Shown here piece by piece: positions 25,632 to 34,379 of a DNA stretch of 53,527 bases (positions within the stretch are counted from its first letter, which is position 1; each line of letters opens with the position of its first letter). The DNA comes from a virus. The stretch covers positions 1-53,527 of the IMG/VR virus record IMGVR_UViG_3300044252_000008; one strand, 5' to 3'. The position numbers and the translations under genes are program-made. Below the pieces are notes generated by a model. The model made no database searches and was not told the origin of the DNA. It saw only the letters and a program-made list of their open reading frames with translations.

Positions 25632-26497
25632 CCGGCCGTGGGGTCGGCCAACCACTCCTTCTCGTCGATCTCATCCCACCGCCCGGCATCCACACGCTCG
25701 CGGATAGTGCACCCGCGATCGAAGTCTGCCTGGAACGGACACCGGCCCTGCGCGTAGCACACGGGCTTGAACAGCCCGCTCTCTGCGATGTGCCGCCACT
25801 GCCACCTGGCGCGCTCACTGCCGTCTACCCCGTTGTACGTCATGCTGCCCTCGTACTCCCAGATGGCTTGCACGATCTGCGCGCCCACCAGCCGCCACTC
25901 GAACTGCGCCTGCGTGCACAGCCGGTTGCCCAGGTGGTCCACGAGGTTGCGCAGGTTCGTCTTGTAGTTCAGGCGCGTCAGTGTGTCGTGGGGCAGCAGC
26001 CCGCGCGCCTCCTCAGCTGGCACACCCATGCCGATCAGGTGGTTGTACACCTCCCACGTGCGGCGCGTGTGCTCCACCCATAGCTTGTTCGCAGAGCGGT
26101 TGGACCGCATCATCGGCCCCGGCCTGGCAGCGATCTCCTCCTTCACTGCGAAGCGCATGCTCTCCTGCGCGTACACCGCCGTGCGCTGGCGCACCATCTG
26201 GTGGGTGAAGGCCCGCGTCACACCCTCCACCATGAAGTGCAGGTCCACCGCCTCCAGCGGCGCCTTCAGGTGCGTGGCGTTGGCCTGGTCCCACGCCCAG
26301 CGGCGCTCGTCGTCAGTCAGCTCTTGCAGGTTGCGCACCACGCGCCCGGTGTACATGAAGCAGAACGCAGCCATGGCGCCCAGCGGATCCGGGGTGGCGG
26401 ACAGCAGCGTAACCCGCGGCATCAGGTCGGGCATGGGTTCTGCCTCGTACATTGCCCTGTCCACGTACGTGCTAACTTCTGTACTTGGTTCAGTCAT
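25619..26497 (-). CDS. thyX: Flavin-dependent thymidylate synthase ThyX-like, with RQR in place of RHR
   Basis: 292 aa from ATG 26497 (ATGACTGA overlap with the upstream gene). ..VEGVTRAFTHQMVRQRTAVYAQESMRF.. aligns to the ThyX RHR(x)7S signature, with Gln replacing His. Confidence 0.75.
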   Translation of the reverse strand: MTEPSTEVSTYVDRAMYEAEPMPDLMPRVTLLSATPDPLGAMAAFCFMYTGRVVRNLQELTDDERRWAWDQANATHLKAPLEAVDLHFMVEGVTRAFTHQMVRQRTAVYAQESMRFAVKEEIAARPGPMMRSNRSANKLWVEHTRRTWEVYNHLIGMGVPAEEARGLLPHDTLTRLNYKTNLRNLVDHLGNRLCTQAQFEWRLVGAQIVQAIWEYEGSMTYNGVDGSERARWQWRHIAESGLFKPVCYAQGRCPFQADFDRGCTIRERVDAGRWDEIDEKEWLADPTAGWIR

Positions 26498-27164
26498 ACG
26501 ACACCTCCACATAGGGGTACAGCCGTTCCAGTAGGTCCTGCTCTCCAACTGCCACACCCATCTCATCCACACTTGACATCCGTACTGACCGGATGGGTGT
26601 GGGCAGGCACCCGCCCACGAACCCGCGGTTCCACTCGTAACCGTCCGCCCAGCGGCGCACGGCCTTCTCCTCCAACCCAGCTGCATCTGCCAGGGCCAGG
26701 ATGCCACCCATCTCGCGGGCCTTGGCCAGCACCCACATCCTGAACGGTATGAGTTCCAACTCGTGGTCGTTGAACAAGTGCTTGCGCCGTTCCACTGACA
26801 TGCGGGCCATCTCCACAGCTGCCACTGCCTTGTCCCGGCGGCGCCGTGCGTGCTCGTTGGCCCGCCTGCCCAGGGCTTGCTTCTCAGCAAGTGGCATGCG
26901 CGCATACCGCGCGCGGCCTTCGCCCCGCCTGCACGGCTGGCACACAGTGTCAATGGTGGGGTTCTTGGCCCGGCGCACCCGGCCGCCAGCTGTGCGCCCA
27001 CGCTTCCGCCAGCGCCACTTATAGTCCACCGCGTGCCGCCAGCGCCCACATTCACCAGCACATATGCGGCGGCCACAGATGATGGGGTTGTCAGTCATGC
27101 CACGCCCACCATGCACCCAGCAGCACGAGGCACACCAGTAGCCCGATGAAGTACCACATATCAC
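26490..27164 (-). CDS. Cys-rich protein with a C-terminal HTH-like segment
   Basis: 224 aa from GTG 27164 (GTGA overlap with the dnaE stop; alternative ATG at 27098). ICGRRICAGECGRW .. CQPCRR. GILALADAAGLEEKAVRRWADG is HTH-like. Confidence 0.55.
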   Translation of the reverse strand: MICGTSSGYWCASCCWVHGGRGMTDNPIICGRRICAGECGRWRHAVDYKWRWRKRGRTAGGRVRRAKNPTIDTVCQPCRRGEGRARYARMPLAEKQALGRRANEHARRRRDKAVAAVEMARMSVERRKHLFNDHELELIPFRMWVLAKAREMGGILALADAAGLEEKAVRRWADGYEWNRGFVGGCLPTPIRSVRMSSVDEMGVAVGEQDLLERLYPYVEVSYD

Positions 27165-30100
27165 TCATCGGGGTCTATCACCCACATGCGCCGCACATTC
27201 AGCTGCTGGCTGGACGCGTACGACGGTCGTATGCCTTCCACCAACAGCAGGTCCAGGCCCGGCCTGCACCCGAAGATCATTTCTCTGTATCGCGGGTAAC
27301 GCCAGCGATCCACCTTTACCACCACCCGGTCGTCCACGTCTGTGCAGGTCATGCTGGCCTGCTCTGTCAGGTGTGCGTCGCGCACGGTGGCAGGGTCCAG
27401 GTCCCGGCCGCGGGCACGTGACAACTCGAAGATGTCCTGGATGTTGGGCTTGGCCACCAAGGTGCCTAGCCATACCACCTTACCCACCCCGCTGACAAGG
27501 CCCTCCGCCGTATGGGTTGGCGCAGGTAGCGGCCCTAACGTGCCAGCCGCCAGCGCCGCCTGCACAGCTGCGATGTCCTTGCCCAGCTTGAACGCACCGA
27601 ACGGGTCCTCCGAGTCTACCCAGTCTATGATGTTCTGCACTGTTACCTTCCCGAAGCCCTTGAGCGCCAGCAGGTCTTCCCACTGGAACGTGTCGCGCCC
27701 GGCCTCCCACTGCTGGTCGCGCCACGCGATCACCTGCTGCGACTTCTTGGCACCCAGGCCCCGCACCTGGCGCAGGCCCGCGCGCAGCACCTTGGTGCCC
27801 ACGTTGCCCCACGTCGGCTCGCTGTGCTCCAAGTGGGGTGGCAGGATGGTCAGCCCATGCTTGTCTGCGTCACGCAGCAGGTCGTGCGTGCGCTCTGCGT
27901 TACCCGTGGCCTCGTGCAGGCAGGCCGCGAAGAACACAGCTGGGTGGTGCACCTTGAACCACATGGTCCAGTAGCCGATGAGCGCGTAGCTGGCACAGTG
28001 TGCTGCGTTGAAGCTGTACGCACCGCTGGTGGCCATGCCCGTCCACATGGCGTCAGCCACCACCTCGGGCACACCGCGCTCAGCAGCCCCGTCCAGGAAC
28101 TGCTGGCGCCTGGCGTAGAACAGCTGCTCGCCTTTCTTACGTGAGATGATGCCACGGATCTCGGCCACGCCTCTTGGGTTGAAGCCGCCCACCTCCCGTG
28201 CCAGGGCCAGGATCTGTTCTTGGTACACCAGCTGGCCCTTGGTGCTACTGGTCAGCCGCTCGTACAGCGGGTGCTGTATGGGTGCCACCTGGCGCCCGGC
28301 CTTGGTGGCTGCGTATGCCGACGCAGCGCCGTTCAGGATGGGGCCTGGCCTGCACAGTGCGATGCAGTCCATGATCTCGCTGAACTTCTCAGGCCGGATG
28401 GACTGTGTCACGTACCGGGTGGAGCGGCCCTCGAACTGGAAGATGCCCATAAGGTCGCCACGCTGGAAGCCTGCGTACACCTCGGGGTCATCCAGGGGCA
28501 GGTCGTACAGCGCCTGCACGGGCATGCCCAGGCGCTTGGCGCACGACCACAGCATGCCCATGGTGTTCAGCCCCAGGAAGTCCATCTTCAGCAAGCCCTG
28601 GCGCGCGGCTCCCCACTTGTCTAGCGCTACCACCTGCACCACGTTGCCGCTGCCCTTGGGAACCTCTCGTTCCATGGTGGTGGTGTAGTTGGTGATGGCT
28701 TGGTTGCTGAGCACCAGCCCGGCCGCGTGCACACCCACACCCTTGACGTTGCCCTCGATCAGCTGGGCCTTCTTCAGGTCTGGGTACTTCTCGAAGATCT
28801 CGGCAGCCTGTGGGAACTGGTCCACCGTGTCTTCAATAGTTGACGAAGCCCGCAGGTCGCCGGACGACCGCTCGATCAGGTAGTTCTTGAGTGTCTCCAC
28901 CTCGTACTTAGGCACGTTGAACACACGGGCCACGTCGTCCACGGCCAGCTTGTTCTTGAAGATGGTGAACGTGCCCACATTGCCCACGCAGTCCTCGCCC
29001 AGCATATCCACGTAGAACCGCCGCAGGGCTGGCCGGGCATCGGGCGGGAAGTCCAGGTCCACGTCGGGCAGGTCTTCTCGCGTCACATCGATGAACCTGT
29101 CAAACCGCAACAGGCCCTCGAACTCGTTGCGCAGTGGGTTCACCTCTGTGATGCGCAGCAGCCAGGCGGCCAGGCTACCGGCTGCGCTACCACGCGCAGG
29201 CCCCACGGGTATGCCCTGGTCTTTCATGAACACCACGCCGTCTGCCACCAGCAGGAAGTAATCCACGTAGCGCTTGCCTTCGATCAGGTCCATCTCATGG
29301 CGCAGCTGCTTCAGGTACCGCATGCGCTCGGCGCCGCGCAGCTGGTGGCAGCCCCGCCTGCGCCAGCCCGCCTTGAGCCGCCTGCGCCACTCGCTAACGG
29401 CATCGCCGCCCGGCCACTGCACCATGGGCTGTTTGGGCAGCACAGCCGTGCACGACTGCGCTACTTCCTCTGTGGACACCATGGCTTCCACGGCCTCAGC
29501 CTTACTCAGCCCTGTGGCGCGCAGCTTGCGGTAGATGCTGGCGTCGTTGGGTGGCACACACAGCTGGGCTGTGTAGCCCCAGTCGCGCACCTGCTGTTCC
29601 AGTGTGCGCTTCTCTCCAGGCCGCAGGTTGTGCAAGATCTGCTGTACTTCCCGCTCCTCGAGAAGTGTGTAGTGGCAGTCCATGGTGGCCACCAGTCGGC
29701 AGCCCACCGCCCGCGCTATACGTCCGGCTTGCGCGTTGAACCTGCGCGTGGTCTCGAGTTCCGGGAACGCCTGTACCTCGACGAGGTAGCTGTCGGTGCC
29801 GAACGTACGTGCGAATAGGCGCGCAACACGTAGGCCACGGCGGTACGACGCTTCCTCTGCTGGTATGCCCTTGCCTCCGACGGTAGCACAGCAGAGCAGG
29901 CTACCCTGGCAACCGCTCAGTACAAACAGCCCGGCCCTGTGCGCCACCAGCTGCGCCCACGTGACGACTGGCTCGTAGTAGAAGTCCCGCCAGGCACCCG
30001 ACACGAGCGTTAGCAGGTTGCGGTACCCCACTGCGTCCTTGGCCAGCAGTGTCAGGTGGTGTTTGCTCTGTGTCTCGGCGCCATCCATCCACTGCGGCCC

Positions 30101-30442
30101 CGTGGGCATGTACACCTCGCAGCCGAACAGTGGCTTCGGCCCACCCATCTCGTCGCATGCTTTCTCCAGTGCCACGTGGCTGTCTATGTTCCCATGCTCT
30201 GTCATGGCCAGGTGACTCATGTTCAGTTCCATGGCCCGGCGCACGTGGGCCTCGGGCAGCTGGTACCCGTCCATGTAGCTGTACGTGCTGTGGTGGTGCA
30301 GGCTGACGAACCGCATGGGCTTGCGGTTGCCCGTGGGCCTGCGCCGTACCGCCAGCGCAGGCCCGCCGTCCTTAGCCTTCCACGCCACCTTGACAGACGA
30401 CACATCGTGCCCGCCGTAGTGCAGTGGCTTGGCTTCTGTCAC
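27161..30442 (-). CDS. dnaE: DNA polymerase III alpha subunit (DnaE-type replicative polymerase)
   Basis: About 1093 aa from GTG 30442 (GTGA overlap; alternative ATG at 30316). PHP motif FVSLHHHSTYSYMDG. The size and order of the conserved blocks are typical of DnaE. Confidence 0.9.
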   Translation of the reverse strand: MTEAKPLHYGGHDVSSVKVAWKAKDGGPALAVRRRPTGNRKPMRFVSLHHHSTYSYMDGYQLPEAHVRRAMELNMSHLAMTEHGNIDSHVALEKACDEMGGPKPLFGCEVYMPTGPQWMDGAETQSKHHLTLLAKDAVGYRNLLTLVSGAWRDFYYEPVVTWAQLVAHRAGLFVLSGCQGSLLCCATVGGKGIPAEEASYRRGLRVARLFARTFGTDSYLVEVQAFPELETTRRFNAQAGRIARAVGCRLVATMDCHYTLLEEREVQQILHNLRPGEKRTLEQQVRDWGYTAQLCVPPNDASIYRKLRATGLSKAEAVEAMVSTEEVAQSCTAVLPKQPMVQWPGGDAVSEWRRRLKAGWRRRGCHQLRGAERMRYLKQLRHEMDLIEGKRYVDYFLLVADGVVFMKDQGIPVGPARGSAAGSLAAWLLRITEVNPLRNEFEGLLRFDRFIDVTREDLPDVDLDFPPDARPALRRFYVDMLGEDCVGNVGTFTIFKNKLAVDDVARVFNVPKYEVETLKNYLIERSSGDLRASSTIEDTVDQFPQAAEIFEKYPDLKKAQLIEGNVKGVGVHAAGLVLSNQAITNYTTTMEREVPKGSGNVVQVVALDKWGAARQGLLKMDFLGLNTMGMLWSCAKRLGMPVQALYDLPLDDPEVYAGFQRGDLMGIFQFEGRSTRYVTQSIRPEKFSEIMDCIALCRPGPILNGAASAYAATKAGRQVAPIQHPLYERLTSSTKGQLVYQEQILALAREVGGFNPRGVAEIRGIISRKKGEQLFYARRQQFLDGAAERGVPEVVADAMWTGMATSGAYSFNAAHCASYALIGYWTMWFKVHHPAVFFAACLHEATGNAERTHDLLRDADKHGLTILPPHLEHSEPTWGNVGTKVLRAGLRQVRGLGAKKSQQVIAWRDQQWEAGRDTFQWEDLLALKGFGKVTVQNIIDWVDSEDPFGAFKLGKDIAAVQAALAAGTLGPLPAPTHTAEGLVSGVGKVVWLGTLVAKPNIQDIFELSRARGRDLDPATVRDAHLTEQASMTCTDVDDRVVVKVDRWRYPRYREMIFGCRPGLDLLLVEGIRPSYASSQQLNVRRMWVIDPDE

Positions 30443-30801
30443 CAATCCCACCGCCCATCGCGGTCGCCGTCCCGCACACACCGGATGGCGAACACTGCGT
30501 TATTGATCACGTCTAGCAGGTCATCCACATCCGCCGCCTGCACTTCCTCGTGGTTCCAGATGGTACGCCATGCGCGCTCCACCTTCCAGCGCAGCTTGAA
30601 CAGGTTGCCGCGAGCGCCTTGGTTGCGCCAGTTGTCCTCGTACTTATCGTTCCGCTCTATGAACAGGTCGTACGCTTCCAGCAGCACCTTCATGTGATCG
30701 TCAGCTGGCTGGCTGCTACCGCCCATGTATGTGATGGGTGGTCTGTTGGGCGGGTGCCCACGGCCGCTGCCGGTCATTGTGATTGGGTCGTCAGAACCCA
30801 C
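30439..30801 (-). CDS. DUF1599-like all-helical protein (nucleotide-modification-associated family)
   Basis: 120 aa (GTG start; start uncertain). ..FIERNDKYEDNWRNQGARGNLFKLRWKVERAW .. DDLLDVINNAVFAI resembles the DUF1599 pattern KxxDYG..G..G..R..DK..R .. D..NYA as I remember it. Confidence 0.5.
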   Translation of the reverse strand: MGSDDPITMTGSGRGHPPNRPPITYMGGSSQPADDHMKVLLEAYDLFIERNDKYEDNWRNQGARGNLFKLRWKVERAWRTIWNHEEVQAADVDDLLDVINNAVFAIRCVRDGDRDGRWDW

Positions 30802-31150
30802 GCGGCTGCACCTCCACGCGGATGCCGCCCGGCCCGTACAGCCACAGCCGCTTCAGCGGGCTGTCCGGGTTGTGCCGGATGAGCCACGGGCTGCGTGTGC
30901 ACAGGGCCATGCGCGTGTCTGTCACCTTCAGGCACAGGTGCCCGTAGCCCATGGGCAATGGGTCCATGCCTCGGCCCACGATGTGGATGAGCAGATCGGA
31001 ATCCATATCCTGCCACCAGCGCACCACGTACTGGTCGTCCAGTGCCTCATCCGGTTGCACCTCATACAGCCCCAGCATTTCCATGAAGTCTGTCAGGGCT
31101 TGGGTGTGCACCACGTCCTCGGGCACTTGGTAGTTCACGTGCGCGATCAT
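30791..31150 (-). CDS. VOC (glyoxalase/bleomycin-resistance/dioxygenase fold) family protein
   Basis: 119 aa from ATG 31150 (TAATG junction). IAHVNYQVPED..FMEMLGLYEV .. GHLCLKVTD .. GPGGIRVEV show the paired beta-alpha-beta-beta-beta module pattern, with His/Glu at the metal positions. Confidence 0.65.
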   Translation of the reverse strand: MIAHVNYQVPEDVVHTQALTDFMEMLGLYEVQPDEALDDQYVVRWWQDMDSDLLIHIVGRGMDPLPMGYGHLCLKVTDTRMALCTRSPWLIRHNPDSPLKRLWLYGPGGIRVEVQPRGF

Positions 31151-31857
31151 TAGCGCACGCCACCGTACAGCGACAGGCCCGTGCCGCTGAGCCACGGGGC
31201 CACCGGCTCGTCCAGTAGCCAGCACACCACACGTGCGATGTCGCTGGGGTGCAAGTGGTCTTTCAGCCGCAGGTCCTTGCGCTGGTACTCCTCCGCCTCC
31301 CTGAGCCCGAAGCCGCGCTCTTCCATCATGGCTGCCACCACGCGGCCACCCATGGGCGTGCTGGGCACGTGGTACGGGTGCACTATGTGGAAGCTGTAGC
31401 CCAGCTGCGTCAGCTCCCAGGCCAGGCCCTGCACGGCGTGCGCCAGCCCCGCCTTGGCCGCGCAGTACGGCACGCAGCTGGTGGGGCTGTGATCGTACGC
31501 ATACGACCCGATCAGCACGCACTTGCCACCTTCCTCGCCGCGGGCTTCCACCCACGCACGCACACACTGCAACGGTAGTGTGAGGTTGGCGTGCACCAAC
31601 TCTGCGATGGTCAGGTCGTCAGTGCGATCGAACGGGGTGATACCCTCTCTGCCCAGCGTGACCACCAGCGCGTCGAAGTCGGCGAAGGCCACGTTCGGCA
31701 CACTGTAGATGGTGTCGTCGCCAAGGTCTTCACTACAGTCGTGCCAGGCCACGTCCCAGCCGTCCATGTCCAGCCGGTTATAGATGGCCTCACCAATGTT
31801 GCCGGTGCCCAGCCTGGCGCCCAACACCATGGCCTGGCTAATACTTGCGTGACTCAT
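31150..31857 (-). CDS. Short-chain dehydrogenase/reductase (SDR)
   Basis: 235 aa. Gly-rich dinucleotide motif LGTGNIGEAI and catalytic YCAAKAG (YxxxK). Confidence 0.8.
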   Translation of the reverse strand: MSHASISQAMVLGARLGTGNIGEAIYNRLDMDGWDVAWHDCSEDLGDDTIYSVPNVAFADFDALVVTLGREGITPFDRTDDLTIAELVHANLTLPLQCVRAWVEARGEEGGKCVLIGSYAYDHSPTSCVPYCAAKAGLAHAVQGLAWELTQLGYSFHIVHPYHVPSTPMGGRVVAAMMEERGFGLREAEEYQRKDLRLKDHLHPSDIARVVCWLLDEPVAPWLSGTGLSLYGGVR

Positions 31858-32494
31858 GCTCTTCGCTCCATTGTGCTAGTAGATTGCTGATGTCGGCCCA
31901 GGCCACTGACAGATTTTCTGCCGTCATCCCGTTCCAGTCGGCCTCGTAGTTGTAGTCCGTGCGGAGTAGAATAGGTGCTCCACGCACCACACTCAACAGC
32001 ACGCGTGGTTCGTCATCCAACACAGCCACCACGCGCCCAGGGTCCACACGTCGGTATAGCTCATGCACCTTATCTTCGTCAAACAGCAGCCCGTCGTACG
32101 GAATGCGGTTGCGCCGCAGCCACTCCACCGTGTCTGGGTCCACGCGGTCGTACCTGTCGTGCGGGCGGGTGGTCGTCACCCACACCTCACACAGCTTGGC
32201 CAGCCCTTCCATCATGTCCACTGCCCCCGGACGCGGTGGCATGCTGCGCTTCAGCCCGCTCTGTCGGAACGCCAGCTTGATGGTGCGGAAGGTGGTAGTG
32301 TCCACACCATATGCCTGGCAGAACCAGACCCGGTACCGCCAGCGGCCGTCATAGTGGCCAGCTTCAATCTTCTGTGTTCTACCCAGCCAGTCCTCGGCGA
32401 ACAGCTGGAAGTGCCGGTGCCAGTCACCTAGCGTGCCGTCCAGGTCTATGGCCACCACTGGGTGTACCACCTCACTACATTTCGTGCACAGCAT
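31838..32494 (-). CDS. HAD-superfamily phosphatase, 5'(3')-deoxyribonucleotidase-like
   Basis: 218 aa (alternative GTG start at 32470). VAIDLDGTLGD is the HAD DxDxT motif. The size and the late Asp pair (VLDDEP) fit the phage NT5C-type nucleotidases. Confidence 0.7.
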   Translation of the reverse strand: MLCTKCSEVVHPVVAIDLDGTLGDWHRHFQLFAEDWLGRTQKIEAGHYDGRWRYRVWFCQAYGVDTTTFRTIKLAFRQSGLKRSMPPRPGAVDMMEGLAKLCEVWVTTTRPHDRYDRVDPDTVEWLRRNRIPYDGLLFDEDKVHELYRRVDPGRVVAVLDDEPRVLLSVVRGAPILLRTDYNYEADWNGMTAENLSVAWADISNLLAQWSEEHESRKY

Positions 32495-33221
32495 TTTCAG
32501 CCTTCCTGTACGCGTGGTGCAATAGCACGCCAGGTGTCCACGTGCCCCAGCGCCCGATACGCACGATGCGCTGGTGGCACGTGCAGTCCGTCTGCATCAC
32601 CTTCCTGCCCACCCGCGCACCCTCTACCTCATGCGGGTACTCAGTGACGGCTACATCGAACACCCTGCTGGCCCGGAACCACTGTTCACTGCGACGGCCG
32701 TTGTACACCATGTGCTGGTGCTGCACGATGCCGGGCGCATCATCCACGTACCACACGCGACGCTCAGGGAACTTGTGCCCGATGTTCTCACACAGCTTGT
32801 GGGCCGGTGCGCTGTTCAATACCAGCGTGTAGGCTGCCGCCAGATCCCTGGCCTCCTGCTGCCCCACTGCCAGCTGGTACACAGCGGCCCCGTACAGGCC
32901 CCACAGGGCCTCGTACACGGGACGCAGCGCCCAGGCCGGGTGGTTGCCCTGCGCCAGCCGCTGCCAGCTTGTGCGGGCCTGTGGGTCGCCGTACACCTTC
33001 TCCGCATACACACCACCCTCGCCCAGCTTGGTGAACTTGATCAGCCCGTCGGGCCTGCCGTTGCTGATGCCAGGTGTTGATGCGTGCAGGTACACGCCAC
33101 CGGCCACAGGGCTGGGCTCTACCACGTTGCTGTACACCACCGGCTCGTGGCCTGCGCGTGCCACCGCGTGGGCGGCCAGCAGCCCGGCAGGGCCACAGCC
33201 GATAATGGCCACCTGTGTCAC
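32475..33221 (-). CDS. Small FAD/NAD(P)-binding Rossmann oxidoreductase
   Basis: 248 aa. GTG start in a GTGA overlap. N-terminal VAIIGCGPAGLLAAHAVARAGHEPVVY is a GxGxxG beta-alpha-beta motif. Confidence 0.7.
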   Translation of the reverse strand: MTQVAIIGCGPAGLLAAHAVARAGHEPVVYSNVVEPSPVAGGVYLHASTPGISNGRPDGLIKFTKLGEGGVYAEKVYGDPQARTSWQRLAQGNHPAWALRPVYEALWGLYGAAVYQLAVGQQEARDLAAAYTLVLNSAPAHKLCENIGHKFPERRVWYVDDAPGIVQHQHMVYNGRRSEQWFRASRVFDVAVTEYPHEVEGARVGRKVMQTDCTCHQRIVRIGRWGTWTPGVLLHHAYRKAENAVHEM

Positions 33222-33505
33222 TGTTCCGGCTCCTCAAGCCGCAGGAACGCATATAGCTCGTTGCGCACTTGCCTGAGGTACGAGTTGTACCTGCGTGGTT
33301 CCACCAGCGCCTGGCCGCTGTTATAGTCTTCCAGCAGTACCTTGAAGCGCGGTGTGACTGTGTACACCCACTCGGCCTGGTCACCCCTGTCGCCAGGGTA
33401 CTCCACCAGTTCCATGGTCAGGTGCCTGATCCCATGCGCGCGCAGGTACGTGGCCAGTGCCAGGTCGTCTGTCCGGTGGGCCTCCATGTTCGGTATTACG
33501 CTCAT
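33218..33505 (-). CDS. Hypothetical protein (DUF5659-like)
   Basis: 95 aa. DLALATYLRAHGI.. resembles the DUF5659 N-terminus. It is the first gene after a hairpin. Confidence 0.5.
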   Translation of the reverse strand: MSVIPNMEAHRTDDLALATYLRAHGIRHLTMELVEYPGDRGDQAEWVYTVTPRFKVLLEDYNSGQALVEPRRYNSYLRQVRNELYAFLRLEEPEQ

Positions 33506-33526
33506 TCTCTCTTTCTGGGTTTGGGT

Positions 33527-33558
33527 GGGGTGCCCAGGCCCGCAGGCCCAGGCACCCC
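33527..33558 (-). terminator. Hairpin GGGGTGCC-16 nt-GGCACCCC after the SSB gene; the loop holds CAGGCCC twice
   Basis: 8-bp arms at 33527-33534 and 33551-33558, 9 nt downstream of the stop at 33567. Confidence 0.45.
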
Positions 33559-33566
33559 TGTCTGTA

Positions 33567-34364
33567 CTAGAAAGGCTCTTCGCCGTCGTCGGCGCGCAGC
33601 CTGGCGATGAGCACCTTACGGGCGCCGTTGGTCTTCAGCTCCCGCTCCTTCAGTTCCTTCTTCAGGTCGGCGACTGTCATGTCGTCGTACCCGTCATCGT
33701 CGGCCTCGGCCTCGGCTTCGTCTTCCTCGTCTTCTTCCTCTTCCTCGTCTTCGTCCGGCTCCTCTTCGTCCTCTTCGTCCTCGGGCCAGGCTTCCACCAC
33801 CGCCTTGCGGATGTCGTCGTCGCTCATGGACTTGAGCACCTTCACGTCCAGGCCCTCGGTCTTGATCAGGGCCTTCAGCTGGGCGCGCGTCATGCTGTCC
33901 AGGTCCAGGCCGTCGTCGCCCTCGTCCGGCTCGCCTTCCTCTTCCTCGGCCTCGTCCTGCTCGGGCATGGCCATGACCTTGCTGATCTTGGGCCGGTAGT
34001 CGCCGTCCTGGTCGCTGTCACTCTTCAGGCGCAGCTGTGCGGCCTTGCCCACCAGCTTCTCGGTGTCCAGCGTGCCCTTGGCGCCCAGGCCCAGCGCCAG
34101 CATGAACTCTTTGGTGCGGGCCTTGCTGACAGGGTGCGCGTCCGCGCCCAGCAGCGGGTAGTACCACACGGGCATGAAGCTGCCGTTCAGTGCCTTGCCC
34201 GCCGCGTCGTGCGTCAGGTCGAAGATCACTTCCAGCATCTGGTTGCCGCTGCTGCTGGGCTTGGGGCCGTCCACGGTGCGGACCTTGGCCCGGTACACAC
34301 CCACGGGTGCGTGAGCCTGTGTGACATCCTCTACGTCACTGAAGTCGTACTTTACCTTCGGCAT
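33567..34364 (-). CDS. DUF669-type single-strand DNA-binding protein with acidic linker and C-terminal SAP domain
   Basis: 265 aa. The N-terminal ~130 aa are DUF669-like (..APVGVYRAKV..MLEVIFDL..). There are long Asp/Glu runs. MTVADLKKELKERELKTNGARKVLIARLRA is a SAP motif. Confidence 0.7.
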   Translation of the reverse strand: MPKVKYDFSDVEDVTQAHAPVGVYRAKVRTVDGPKPSSSGNQMLEVIFDLTHDAAGKALNGSFMPVWYYPLLGADAHPVSKARTKEFMLALGLGAKGTLDTEKLVGKAAQLRLKSDSDQDGDYRPKISKVMAMPEQDEAEEEEGEPDEGDDGLDLDSMTRAQLKALIKTEGLDVKVLKSMSDDDIRKAVVEAWPEDEEDEEEPDEDEEEEEDEEDEAEAEADDDGYDDMTVADLKKELKERELKTNGARKVLIARLRADDGEEPF

Positions 34365-34379
34365 AGTGTAACTCTCCGG

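Noticed and set aside
25619-27076. N-terminally extended versions of real genes: this 485-aa ThyX ORF, and also 5183..6220, 30791..31567, 43612..44556, 9840..10985, 16683..17729 and 38191..38817.
   Set aside because: The extensions overlap the upstream genes in another frame and are low-complexity. In each case an internal start with an SD and/or a 1-4 nt stop/start overlap gives a product beginning at the conserved domain.
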